Source of the DNA: an uncultured Spirochaetales bacterium
Lineage (GTDB): Bacteria > Myxococcota_A > UBA9160 > SMWR01
DNA: 64,000 bases
Reading direction: 5' to 3'
NCBI GenBank assembly: GCA_964624475.1
Contig: CAZUYC010000083.1
Location: 135,792-199,791 of the forward strand
This document shows, piece after piece, positions 46,939 to 54,704 of this stretch; the first letter of the stretch is position 1, and every line of letters begins with the position of its first letter. Under the pieces are notes generated by a model. It worked only from the letters and a program-made list of their open reading frames with translations. It was not told the origin of the DNA and made no database searches. Made by a program: the position numbers and the translations under genes.

Positions 46939-46960
46939 GAATATGCATCAATCATGCAGA
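46931..46960 (-). promoter_or_regulatory. Three 10-bp tandem units (ATATGCATGA / ATATGCATCA / ATCATGCAGA) spanning the vapB start
   Basis: The 8-bp palindrome ATATGCAT occurs twice at 10-bp phasing, in an AT-rich patch of a high-GC genome. Candidate VapB operator. Confidence 0.45.
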
Positions 46961-47007
46961 TGCCGCCAGCCCCCTGGCCCTCCGCCGGCGCAGGGCGGCC
47001 CGACCTT

Positions 47008-47808
47008 CTAGATCCCGAAGTGGGAGCGGATCAGGCGCAGGCTCCAGGCGTCCGGCAGCAGGCGCCGGCCGAGCGGCACGAGCCGGGCGTCGGCGCCGGC
47101 CGTGTAGCGCGCGCGGGGGCGCCGCGCGGTGAGCGCCCGGTGCACCTGGCGCGCCACGCCCTCGGGCCCGGGTGCGCGCGGGAGCGACTCGCGCACGACC
47201 TGCTCGACGCGCCGCAGGCGCTCGCCGTAGGCCGAGGCCGCTGGATCGCCCCAGTGCATGGCGTCGTTGAAGGGGGTCGCGACGTCCCCGGGCTCGACCA
47301 GGCTCGCGAGTACCCCCGTCCCGTGGAGCTCGTTGCGGAGCGAGAGCACGAGCGCGTCGAGCGCGGCCTTGCTCGCGGAGTAGTGCGCCTGAAAGGGGAT
47401 CGGCGCGCGCCCGGCCAGCGAGCCGACTACGACCACGCGCCCGCTCCCCTGGGCGCGCATGGATGGGAGCACGGCGCGCAGGGTGCGCAGCGTGCCGAAG
47501 AAGTTCGTCTCGAAGAGCTCGCGGGCGAGCTCGATCGGGACCTCCTCGACGCTGCCGAAGATCCCGGTCCCGGCGTTGCACACCGCTCCGGCGAGGCGGC
47601 CGGCCTCCGCGAGGACCTTCGCCACCGCGTCGCGCACCGACGCCTCGTCGCGGACGTCCATGGCGACCCAGCGCACGCCGGGCGGCGCGTCCCGGCCCCC
47701 GCCGCGGCGGCTCGCGCCCCAGACGCGAAACCCGCGCCGCGCGAGCAGCTCCGCCGTCGCCGCGCCGATCCCCGAAGACGCGCCGGTGACGAGGACCGCG
47801 GGACCCAT
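47008..47808 (-). CDS. SDR family oxidoreductase
   Basis: VLVTGASSGIGAATA, NAG, YSASKAAL. Confidence 0.88.
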   Translation of the reverse strand: MGPAVLVTGASSGIGAATAELLARRGFRVWGASRRGGGRDAPPGVRWVAMDVRDEASVRDAVAKVLAEAGRLAGAVCNAGTGIFGSVEEVPIELARELFETNFFGTLRTLRAVLPSMRAQGSGRVVVVGSLAGRAPIPFQAHYSASKAALDALVLSLRNELHGTGVLASLVEPGDVATPFNDAMHWGDPAASAYGERLRRVEQVVRESLPRAPGPEGVARQVHRALTARRPRARYTAGADARLVPLGRRLLPDAWSLRLIRSHFGI

Positions 47809-47843
47809 GGGCCCGCGATGCTACACGTTCGCCCGGAGAAGTC

Positions 47844-48347
47844 GTGCGCAACGCGCAACGCATCCTGGCGCTCCTCGTCGCCGCCTGCGGCGCGCCCGAT
47901 CCGCCGGTCTCGGCAATGGGCGCGCGCGAGGTCGCGTTCGTCGCCCTCGGCGGCGAGGCGTTCACGCTTGAGCTCGCCCTCGACCCGGCGGCGCGCCAGC
48001 GCGGCCTCTCCGGCCGGGGCCAGATCCCGCGCAACGCCGGCATGCTCTTCGTGCTCCCGCGGCCAGAGCCCTTCGCGATGGTGATGCGCGACTGTCCGGC
48101 GCCGATCGACGTCGCTTTCCTCGATGCAGGGGGTCGCGTCGTCGCCGTCCACGAGATGGCGGTCGAGCCGCCGCGCGCGCCCGGCGAGACCCCCTTCGCC
48201 TACGAGTCGCGCCTCCCGCCCTACTCGAGCGGGAGCCCGGTGCTCTTCGCGATCGAGACGGCCGGCGGCCGCCTGCGCGAGCTCGGCCTCGCGGTGGGCG
48301 ACCGCGTCGCGTTCGACGCGAAGGCGCTCGTCGCCCGCGCTCGCTGA
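47844..48347 (+). CDS. DUF192 domain protein (secreted/lipoprotein-like)
   Basis: LALLVAACG lipobox-like signal, GMLFV, PIDVAFLDAGGRVV. Confidence 0.8.
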   Translation: MRNAQRILALLVAACGAPDPPVSAMGAREVAFVALGGEAFTLELALDPAARQRGLSGRGQIPRNAGMLFVLPRPEPFAMVMRDCPAPIDVAFLDAGGRVVAVHEMAVEPPRAPGETPFAYESRLPPYSSGSPVLFAIETAGGRLRELGLAVGDRVAFDAKALVARAR

Positions 48348-48353
48348 GCGCAA

Positions 48354-48458
48354 GGCCGCGAAGCGGCCGCGCAGCGAGGCGAAGCCGAGCGGAGCCCCAT
48401 TGAGGCTGCCGGCGCACGGCCGCGAAGCGGCCGCGCAGCGAGGCGAAGCCGAGCGGAG
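48354..48458 (+). repeat. Two identical 41-nt REP-like units (48354..48394 and 48418..48458)
   Basis: GGCCGCGAAGCGGCCGCGCAGCGAGGCGAAGCCGAGCGGAG occurs twice, each time starting with the hairpin GGCCGC-GAA-GCGGCC. Confidence 0.9.
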
Positions 48459-48470
48459 TGATCTGAGGGA

Positions 48471-48500
48471 TAGTCAGAAACTCCGGGGTCGCCGTATAAT
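48471..48500 (+). promoter_or_regulatory. Putative promoter of the MarR gene (TAGTCA-N18-TATAAT)
   Basis: A perfect TATAAT about 40 nt upstream of GTG 48539, which is rare in this GC context. Confidence 0.35.
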
Positions 48501-48538
48501 CGAATCGTTCGGGGTGACAGGGACCCAGAGGGGCGAGC

Positions 48539-48970
48539 GTGGGCGAGCGGGAGCGTCCGGGCCAGGACGCGCAGTTCACCTCCGGGATCCGGCTGCTCGC
48601 GCGCCTCGCGAGGGTCGCGGAGCTCGTCTGCCAGCAGACGGGGATCAGCCTTTCGCAGTATCGGCTGCTCGTCTCGATCACCGGGCGCCCGCAGCGCGCG
48701 AGCGAGCTCGCCACGCACGTCGGCGTGAGCCGGCCCGCCTTGACCTCCCTCGTCGACGGCCTCGAGCACTCGGGCTGCCTTCGCCGAGTGCCGGTGGCGA
48801 GCGACGGGCGCGGGATCCAGCTCGTCGTGACGGATGCCGGCCGCGAGGCCGTCGAGCGCGCGGACGCCGCGCTGACGCGGCGCCTCGCCGAGCTCGCCGG
48901 GCCGGATGCAGCCCGAGTCGTCGGCGAGGTGGTCGCGGCGATCGACGCCGCTCTCGACCGCGAGATCTGA
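48539..48970 (+). CDS. MarR family transcriptional regulator
   Basis: LSQYRLLVSITGRPQRASELATHVGVSRPALTSLVDGLEHSGCLRRV...DGRG winged helix. Confidence 0.85.
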   Translation: MGERERPGQDAQFTSGIRLLARLARVAELVCQQTGISLSQYRLLVSITGRPQRASELATHVGVSRPALTSLVDGLEHSGCLRRVPVASDGRGIQLVVTDAGREAVERADAALTRRLAELAGPDAARVVGEVVAAIDAALDREI

Positions 48971-48977
48971 ACCGGGA

Positions 48978-49133
48978 ACGGCAGCTCCCGACTGTTGGGA
49001 AATCACAACACATCACGGGACATGCGCTAGTCACCGGGGTTCGGGGTGTTGTATCGTCGGCGACCGCTGGACCCGAGGCGCCTGGGGGGGCACGGGAATG
49101 CTCCCTCCGGCGGTCCCAACGAGGAGCTGCCGT
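48978..49133 (+). promoter_or_regulatory. Structured leader upstream of the desaturase gene
   Basis: An 11-nt perfect inverted repeat: ACGGCAGCTCC (48978..48988) and GGAGCTGCCGT (49123..49133). The second arm contains the GGAG Shine-Dalgarno. Internal TGTTG/CAACA repeats. Confidence 0.35.
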
Positions 49134-49138
49134 AAGCG

Positions 49139-50197
49139 ATGGATGACGTCGCCCCGTCGATGTGGAGCTCCCTGCCAGCCGAGGCCACCCGCAGCGAGAT
49201 CCGGCGCCGCTACGCGGGCGCCTTCCGCCTCCGCCCGTGGATCTACTGGGCCGACATGCTCGCGTCGGCTGCGATCGGCTGGACGCTATTCCTCGCGGCG
49301 CTCGCCGCTCCACCCGGGTCGCTCGGGCATCTGCTGGCGACGGTCGGGGCGGTCTTCGCCCTGCTGCGGGCGGCGCTCTTCATCCACGAGCTCGCGCACG
49401 TCCGCAGCGGGGACCTGCCCGGGTTCGAGGCGGTGTGGAACCTCCTGGTGGGGATCCCCGTCGCCGTGCCGAGCCTGATGTATGTGGGCTCGCACGCCGA
49501 CCATCACAAGCGCACGGGCTTCGGGACGGACGAGGATCCGGAGTACGCGCCGATCGCCCACTGGAGCCGGGTGCGGATCGCGCTCTTCGTGCTCACGGTC
49601 GCTTTCGTCCCATTCCTCCTGGTGCTGCGCTGGGGCGTGGTGGGCCCCCTCTCGCGCGCGATCCCGCCGCTGCGCGGCTTCGTCGTGCGGCACTGCTCGA
49701 CGCTGATCATCAACGTCCACTACCGGCGGCCGGAGCCGCGCGGTCGGACCGCCGAGCGCTGGGCCTGGCAGGAGGCCGGCGCGGCGCTCGGGGTCTGGAG
49801 CGCGGCCGCCGGATGCGCGCTCGGCTGGATCCCGGTGCACGCGGTCGCCCAATGGTTCACCGTCGCCGCCGGAATCCTGATCGTGAACCAGGTGCGCACG
49901 CTCACCGCGCACCGCTACGAGAACGCCGGCGAGCCGGTCGACAGTCAGGGGCAGCTCCTCGACTCGATCAACCTCACGGGCTGGTCGCCGCTGACCGCGC
50001 TGCTCGCGCCGGTCGGCCTGCGCTACCACGCGCTGCACCATTTCCTGCCGAGCCTGCCCTACCACAGCCTCGGCTTCGTGCACCGCAAGCTCCTCGCCGA
50101 GCTCCCGGACGACGCCCCCTACCGCCAGACGGTGCACGAGAGCGTGCTCGCCCCGCTCCAGAAGCTGTGGCAAAAGGACGCCGTCCGGACGGCCTGA
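49139..50197 (+). CDS. Membrane fatty acid desaturase
   Basis: Three His boxes: HELAHV, HADHHKR, HALHHF. Confidence 0.88.
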   Translation: MDDVAPSMWSSLPAEATRSEIRRRYAGAFRLRPWIYWADMLASAAIGWTLFLAALAAPPGSLGHLLATVGAVFALLRAALFIHELAHVRSGDLPGFEAVWNLLVGIPVAVPSLMYVGSHADHHKRTGFGTDEDPEYAPIAHWSRVRIALFVLTVAFVPFLLVLRWGVVGPLSRAIPPLRGFVVRHCSTLIINVHYRRPEPRGRTAERWAWQEAGAALGVWSAAAGCALGWIPVHAVAQWFTVAAGILIVNQVRTLTAHRYENAGEPVDSQGQLLDSINLTGWSPLTALLAPVGLRYHALHHFLPSLPYHSLGFVHRKLLAELPDDAPYRQTVHESVLAPLQKLWQKDAVRTA

Positions 50198-50198
50198 C

Positions 50199-50328
50199 GG
50201 GGACGACGGGGACGGTGTTTAGATTTTAAGGATATTCAGATTCTCCTTCCACCGGGAGGCATGCTGGGGCTCTCTCGGGAGAATCTGAATATCCTTAAGA
50301 TCTGAACACCGTCCCCTTCACCGTCCCC
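50199..50328. repeat. 130-bp AT-rich long inverted repeat (MITE-like or giant hairpin)
   Basis: Arms of about 48 nt. The core TAAGGATATTCAGATTCTCC (50227..50246) is perfectly complementary to 50278..50297. The loop is 30 nt. Confidence 0.8.
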
Positions 50329-50362
50329 TTCTCGCTCGGCTTCGCCTTGCTGCGCGGCCTCG
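50329..50362 (-). repeat. Degenerate REP-like unit
   Basis: TTCTCGCTCGGCTTCGCCTTGCTGCGCGGCC resembles the reverse complement of the 48354 unit. Confidence 0.6.
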
Positions 50363-51337
50363 CTACCGGAGCTCGCGGCGGGCGAGGACGCGCCAGAGGA
50401 TCGGCCAGCCGAAGATCAGCGGGTAGCGCCGCTGGCGCTCGCTCGGCTCGATGCGCGTTCCGGTGTGGCGCTCGAGCTTCCAGAGGGCGTACGGGAGCCA
50501 CTCCCCGAAGGTGAACGCGGTCTTCACGAGCTGCGCGGCGTAGGCGGCCTTCGCGGCGGGCCGGCGCAGCCGCCAGCCGGCGCGGGCGCGGCGCCGCGCG
50601 GGGGTCCAGGCGCGGAAGCCCCCGTCCAAGGTTTCGACGCGGAGCTCGCCGCGGCTGCGCTCGGCGAGCTCGCGCAGCGCGCTCGCTCCGGCCCGGTCGT
50701 AGCGGCCGGGGTCGGCCGCGTAGAGCTTCTCGATCGCCGCGTCGGCCTCGGGTCGCATCTCGCCGGCGTAGGTCTCGCGGAAGACGCGCTGCCAGAGCTC
50801 CTCGAAGGCGACGCGCTCGCCCACGGGCAGGAGCGGGAGGACGCGTCGCACGGCGGTCAGGTGCGCCTCCACGACGGCGGCGACCAGCGCCTCGCGGGAG
50901 CTCGCGTCGCGCAGCTGGACCGCGAGCGCGGGCTGGCAGAAGCGCGCCCAGATCCCCGTGCGCAGCCCGCGTCCGGAGGCTCCGCGGGCGAAGTCGGCGA
51001 GCGAGACCACCGCGTACTTGGCGCGCACCGGCTCGCCACCGCGCCGGTCCTCCAGGTAGAAGACGTTCGGCGGCAGGATCGCGTTCGCCAGCGCGAGGCG
51101 GCGCGAGGCGTAGGCCGCGCGGTAGGAATCGACGAGCGCGTAGAAGTCGAGCACACCCTCGGGCGTCGCGCGGCGCAGGCAGGAGCCGTAGAAGACCACG
51201 GCCGCCGTGGTCTCGCCGTGGCGAGCGCGGATCCGGTCGGCGAGGAGCCGAGCCGCCGGAGGCGCCGGGCGAGCCAGCTCGGCCAGCGCGAGCGCGGCGA
51301 GGTCGCGGGCCCCGGCGCCCATCGGCCCGGCCCGCAT
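50363..51337 (-). CDS. Tam41/Mmp37-like protein (putative phosphatidate cytidylyltransferase)
   Basis: Ordered matches to yeast Tam41 blocks as I recall them. VVFYGSCL ~ FGYGSGVF; VLDFYALV ~ QIDIILGV; PPNVFYLE...VRAKYAVVSLADF ~ GVYFNPF...VKYGVVS; IWARFCQPALAV ~ YLAGRLQKPVKI. Confidence 0.6.
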   Translation of the reverse strand: MRAGPMGAGARDLAALALAELARPAPPAARLLADRIRARHGETTAAVVFYGSCLRRATPEGVLDFYALVDSYRAAYASRRLALANAILPPNVFYLEDRRGGEPVRAKYAVVSLADFARGASGRGLRTGIWARFCQPALAVQLRDASSREALVAAVVEAHLTAVRRVLPLLPVGERVAFEELWQRVFRETYAGEMRPEADAAIEKLYAADPGRYDRAGASALRELAERSRGELRVETLDGGFRAWTPARRRARAGWRLRRPAAKAAYAAQLVKTAFTFGEWLPYALWKLERHTGTRIEPSERQRRYPLIFGWPILWRVLARRELR

Positions 51338-51338
51338 C

Positions 51339-52307
51339 CTACGCGCGCAGGAAGGTGAGCCGCCGGTCTCCGCCGAGCGTCACCACCTCGTCGGGGCGGC
51401 TCGCGAAGATCTCGCCGTCGATGGTGAACCCGCTGTCGAAGAGCAGCTGCGCGCGCTCGACCCGCCGGCTCGTGTAGCCGTTCTCGGGGCGCGCGATCGA
51501 TCCCACCCGACCCCGCAGCAGTCCCGGCGCGGCCGCGAGGAAGCGGCGCGCGTCGCTCGCGATGCAGGTGAAGCGCACCGGGCCGGTGCCCGGCCCCCAG
51601 AACGGGTTGATCCGCCAGAAGAGGCGCTCGAGCGAGGTGGCGATCGCCACGTAGAACTCGCCGGCCGCGACGCCCTCGCCGTCGAGCCGGATCTGGATCT
51701 TGTCCGGCTGGACCACGCCCTGGCGCGGGCGAAAGGCCACTCTCGCCATGAGCGCCAGCGTGACGAGGCCCGCCCCGAAGCCGCCCTGGCTGCGTCCGTC
51801 CGGGAAGAGACCGAGCGTCAGGGCGATTGCGCGGCGGATCACGCCCACGCCGAAGAACATCCCGTATTCGCAGCGCCGGCCGCGATCGAGCTCGACCCGC
51901 AGCACCGGCCGCCGGGTGATGCGCGGGGCGAGCCGTCCCGCCCGGGCGTCCTCGATCAGCTCCCGCAGCCCCTTCACCGAGTCGCGCTGGGCGCCGAGGT
52001 CGAGCGCCGTCATGTTGGTACGCCCGCCGCGCAGCGGGGCGATCAACGGCAGCCGGGAGAAGGGCCGCCGCTCCAGGATTTCGGTCAGCGCGTGCTGAAG
52101 CGTTCCATCGCCGCCGTTCACGACCAGGAGGTCGAGGTCGCGCCGCGCCAGCCGGCGGATCGCGGCCGGCAGCAGTACGGCGGAATCCGTCTCCTCGTGC
52201 GCCACCTCGGGGTAGTCGCGCAGGAGCTCGACGACGTCGTCCACCCGGCTCCCCTGCCGGCCCGCGCGCAAGTTGTTCAGGACGCCGATGCGAGGAACGT
52301 CACGCAA
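51339..52307 (-). CDS. Diacylglycerol-kinase-catalytic-domain lipid kinase (YegS/LCB5-like)
   Basis: LLVVNGGDGTLQ and PLRGGRTN motifs. Confidence 0.8.
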   Translation of the reverse strand: MRDVPRIGVLNNLRAGRQGSRVDDVVELLRDYPEVAHEETDSAVLLPAAIRRLARRDLDLLVVNGGDGTLQHALTEILERRPFSRLPLIAPLRGGRTNMTALDLGAQRDSVKGLRELIEDARAGRLAPRITRRPVLRVELDRGRRCEYGMFFGVGVIRRAIALTLGLFPDGRSQGGFGAGLVTLALMARVAFRPRQGVVQPDKIQIRLDGEGVAAGEFYVAIATSLERLFWRINPFWGPGTGPVRFTCIASDARRFLAAAPGLLRGRVGSIARPENGYTSRRVERAQLLFDSGFTIDGEIFASRPDEVVTLGGDRRLTFLRA

Positions 52308-52335
52308 TCGTCGATGGGCTCCCGGGGGTCGGGTT

Positions 52336-53403
52336 CTAGGATCCGGACGCCGATGACGCGAGGGGATTGAGAAAAGTCACCGACGCGATGCCGCTTCCTT
52401 CGAGGTCGAGCGCTGCACGACCCGGCACGGCCTCGAGCCGAAGCAAGAACGACGACTCCGTCCAGACCCTCCTTGGACGCATCGCGAACGATAGCAGGAA
52501 TCGAAACGGCTGCGGTAGAGCCCCGAGGGGATCGTGCGCGAGGAGCTCGCGGCCGAGCGTCAGCCTGCCGGAGAGCCCGGGGCCGCGCAGGCGCAACGCG
52601 GCGGGCACGGGGTAGCCGCGCTCGGGGGTCCCGGGGCGGGCCTCCAGGTCCGCGTGCAGGTCGCTCGTCTCGACGAGCACGCGGCCGTCGTGCACGATGA
52701 TGAGCCACTGATGGCGTTCCCCCCCAGGAGTCGTCACGTCGCGAAGATGGACCTGCGCGCCGGGGTCGAGCGACGAGAAGTCGATCCGGCGCAGGACGAG
52801 ATCGGACTCGCTCCGATCCATCCAGCTGTGGACGAAGGCGGCGCGGCCCTTCATCTCGAGGGGCTCGGCCATGCCCGGAAGCAGCACCGTCCCCTCGATG
52901 GGGGCCGCGAGGTCGAGGAGGTCGACGTGGTACTCCGGCGGTTCTCCGGCGCGTGAGAAGCGCGCCGACGCGTCGGCCTGCAGGCGCAGGCGGATCTCGA
53001 TCCCGCGGCGATTGTTGTCGTACTCGAACGTGCGCACGGGAGCGCGGAGATCGAGCTCGGTCGAGCCGATGCGGAGGCTGCGTCCGCCGTCGCCGACGCT
53101 CCAGCGCCCCTCGAGCCGCCCGTTGCGGAACTCGACGGTCTCCCCGTCGGGCGGGATCAGGTGACCGACGCCGACGGCGGTGCGCTCGCCCGGACCCTCG
53201 TTGGTCACGAGCACGCGCGCGACGAGCCGGTGCCCCTGCTCGAAGCGCGCCACGAGGTCCCAGTACTCGAGCGCCGCGTCGACCCGCGAGAGGCGCGCGC
53301 GAGGGTCGCCGCGCTCGGGCGCCGCTGCGGCGAGCCCGACGGCGAGCGCCGCGAGCAGGAGCGTCCCGCGCGAGGCGAGCTTCGAGCGCCGGTCGTGGCT
53401 CAG
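52336..53403 (-). CDS. Secreted hypothetical protein; candidate CTG start in a CTGA overlap
   Basis: My translation upstream of the track start (GTG 53253) gives an in-frame signal peptide, SHDRRSKLASRGTLLLAALAVGLAAAAPE. That stretch has no ATG, GTG or TTG. CTG 53403..53401 overlaps the TGA of the upstream gene. Confidence 0.55.
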   Translation of the reverse strand: MSHDRRSKLASRGTLLLAALAVGLAAAAPERGDPRARLSRVDAALEYWDLVARFEQGHRLVARVLVTNEGPGERTAVGVGHLIPPDGETVEFRNGRLEGRWSVGDGGRSLRIGSTELDLRAPVRTFEYDNNRRGIEIRLRLQADASARFSRAGEPPEYHVDLLDLAAPIEGTVLLPGMAEPLEMKGRAAFVHSWMDRSESDLVLRRIDFSSLDPGAQVHLRDVTTPGGERHQWLIIVHDGRVLVETSDLHADLEARPGTPERGYPVPAALRLRGPGLSGRLTLGRELLAHDPLGALPQPFRFLLSFAMRPRRVWTESSFLLRLEAVPGRAALDLEGSGIASVTFLNPLASSASGS

Positions 53404-54614
53404 GCAGGTCCCCCGGGTCGCGCCCCGCTCGGACGCGCGGCGGCGGGCGCGTATTCATCGAAGGGGCGCACCCGCTCGCCGCGCGAACGCGCCGCGAAGG
53501 CCTGGCCGATGCGCAGGGCGTGGAAGCCGAGCGAGACCACGGTCCAGAGCGCGACCATCCCGAGGCCGAGATCCGGCCGTCCCCCGACGGTGCCGACGCT
53601 CAAGAGCAGGAGGTTCGGGTTGCGCCGCGCCGTGATCGTGCGGAAGAGCGCGTCGATCGGCCGCCAGCAGTGCATCTCCATGTCGAAGGCGAGCAGGAAG
53701 AGACCCTCCGCGAGACGGCCGACCAGGTAGCCCGCGACGACGATCCACGTCTCCGGGGCGAACGGCGCGCCGAGGCCGAAGCCCCAGGCGAGCCACCAGA
53801 AGGGCGGGTGCAGCAGATCGAGGCTGTGGTCGAGGATGTGGCCGAAGCGGCTCGAGCGCAGCGTCACGCGGGCGAGCTTGCCGTCGACCGTGTCGAGGAA
53901 GGTCATGAGCCAGGCGACGACGAGCCCCGCGCCGAACGAGCCCAGCACGAAGAGCCAGCCGGCCGCGATCGCGAGCACCCAGCTCGCGATCGTGACGGTG
54001 TTCGGCTGGACCCCGCGCTCGGCGAGCCAGCGGGTCGCCGCGCGGGCGGGTCGCGGCCAGACCCACTTCGTCACGAGGTCCGTCGCGCCCTTGTAGGCGG
54101 CGTCGAAGGTGAGCTCCTCGACGCGACGCGCCGTCTCGGGGCGCGCCGGAAGGAGATAGGCGGCCTGATACTTGCGCAGCAGGGCGATGTAGCCGGAGCC
54201 GAGCGCATCGGGCAGGGTGGCGCGCAGGCCGGGGGGAGCGCCGACGCGGCGCTCCCGGATCCACTCGAAGACCTCCGCGAGGCGCCCGGCCTCGACGCAG
54301 GCCGCGACCGGCTCCCCCGGCGCCGCGCCGTTCGCCGCGTCGACGAGCATCGTCCCCGGCGCCTTCGCGAGCGCCTCGACGAGCCGCTCGTCGTAGATCC
54401 GATCCGCGCGCGCGAGCACGCACAGGCCTTCCCCGGGGGCCTCGAGCGCGTCGTCCGGTCCGAGCGTGCGGATCGTGCTGCAGCCGGCGCGGTCGAGCGA
54501 GCGCCGCAGCCGCTCCGTCGGCGAGAGCCCCCAGATCTCGATCGCCGAAGACCCCGGGGTGGTCAGGATCCAGGCGCGGGGGACGCGGCTGCCCGTCGGG
54601 CCAGGGTTCGACAT
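53400..54614 (-). CDS. CDP-alcohol phosphatidyltransferase with an N-terminal nucleotidyltransferase-like domain
   Basis: DTVDGKLARVTLRSSRFGHILDHSLDLL (DG..AR...G...D...D), preceded by a soluble domain of about 130 aa (ILTTPGSSAIEIWGLSPTERLRRSL). Confidence 0.85.
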   Translation of the reverse strand: MSNPGPTGSRVPRAWILTTPGSSAIEIWGLSPTERLRRSLDRAGCSTIRTLGPDDALEAPGEGLCVLARADRIYDERLVEALAKAPGTMLVDAANGAAPGEPVAACVEAGRLAEVFEWIRERRVGAPPGLRATLPDALGSGYIALLRKYQAAYLLPARPETARRVEELTFDAAYKGATDLVTKWVWPRPARAATRWLAERGVQPNTVTIASWVLAIAAGWLFVLGSFGAGLVVAWLMTFLDTVDGKLARVTLRSSRFGHILDHSLDLLHPPFWWLAWGFGLGAPFAPETWIVVAGYLVGRLAEGLFLLAFDMEMHCWRPIDALFRTITARRNPNLLLLSVGTVGGRPDLGLGMVALWTVVSLGFHALRIGQAFAARSRGERVRPFDEYAPAAARPSGARPGGPA

Positions 54615-54704
54615 GCGGTCCGGAGTTCTCGGGAGGGAGCCGCAAGGTATCACAGGCACCCCGCCTGGGTTAGCCTTCGCGGCCTCCCCCGGGGTGAAAC
54701 TCCC

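Noticed and set aside
50254-50305. A 13-codon ORF (MLGLSRENLNILKI) with GGAGG upstream, located in the loop and right arm of the long inverted repeat.
   Set aside because: It is too short, has no conservation evidence, and would be buried in a very stable hairpin.
52277-53458. A 393-aa ORF starting MNTRPPPRV, overlapping the secreted-protein gene.
   Set aside because: It is Arg/Pro-rich nonsense throughout. The other frame encodes a signal peptide and normal protein composition. The shared region only offers an out-of-frame ATG.
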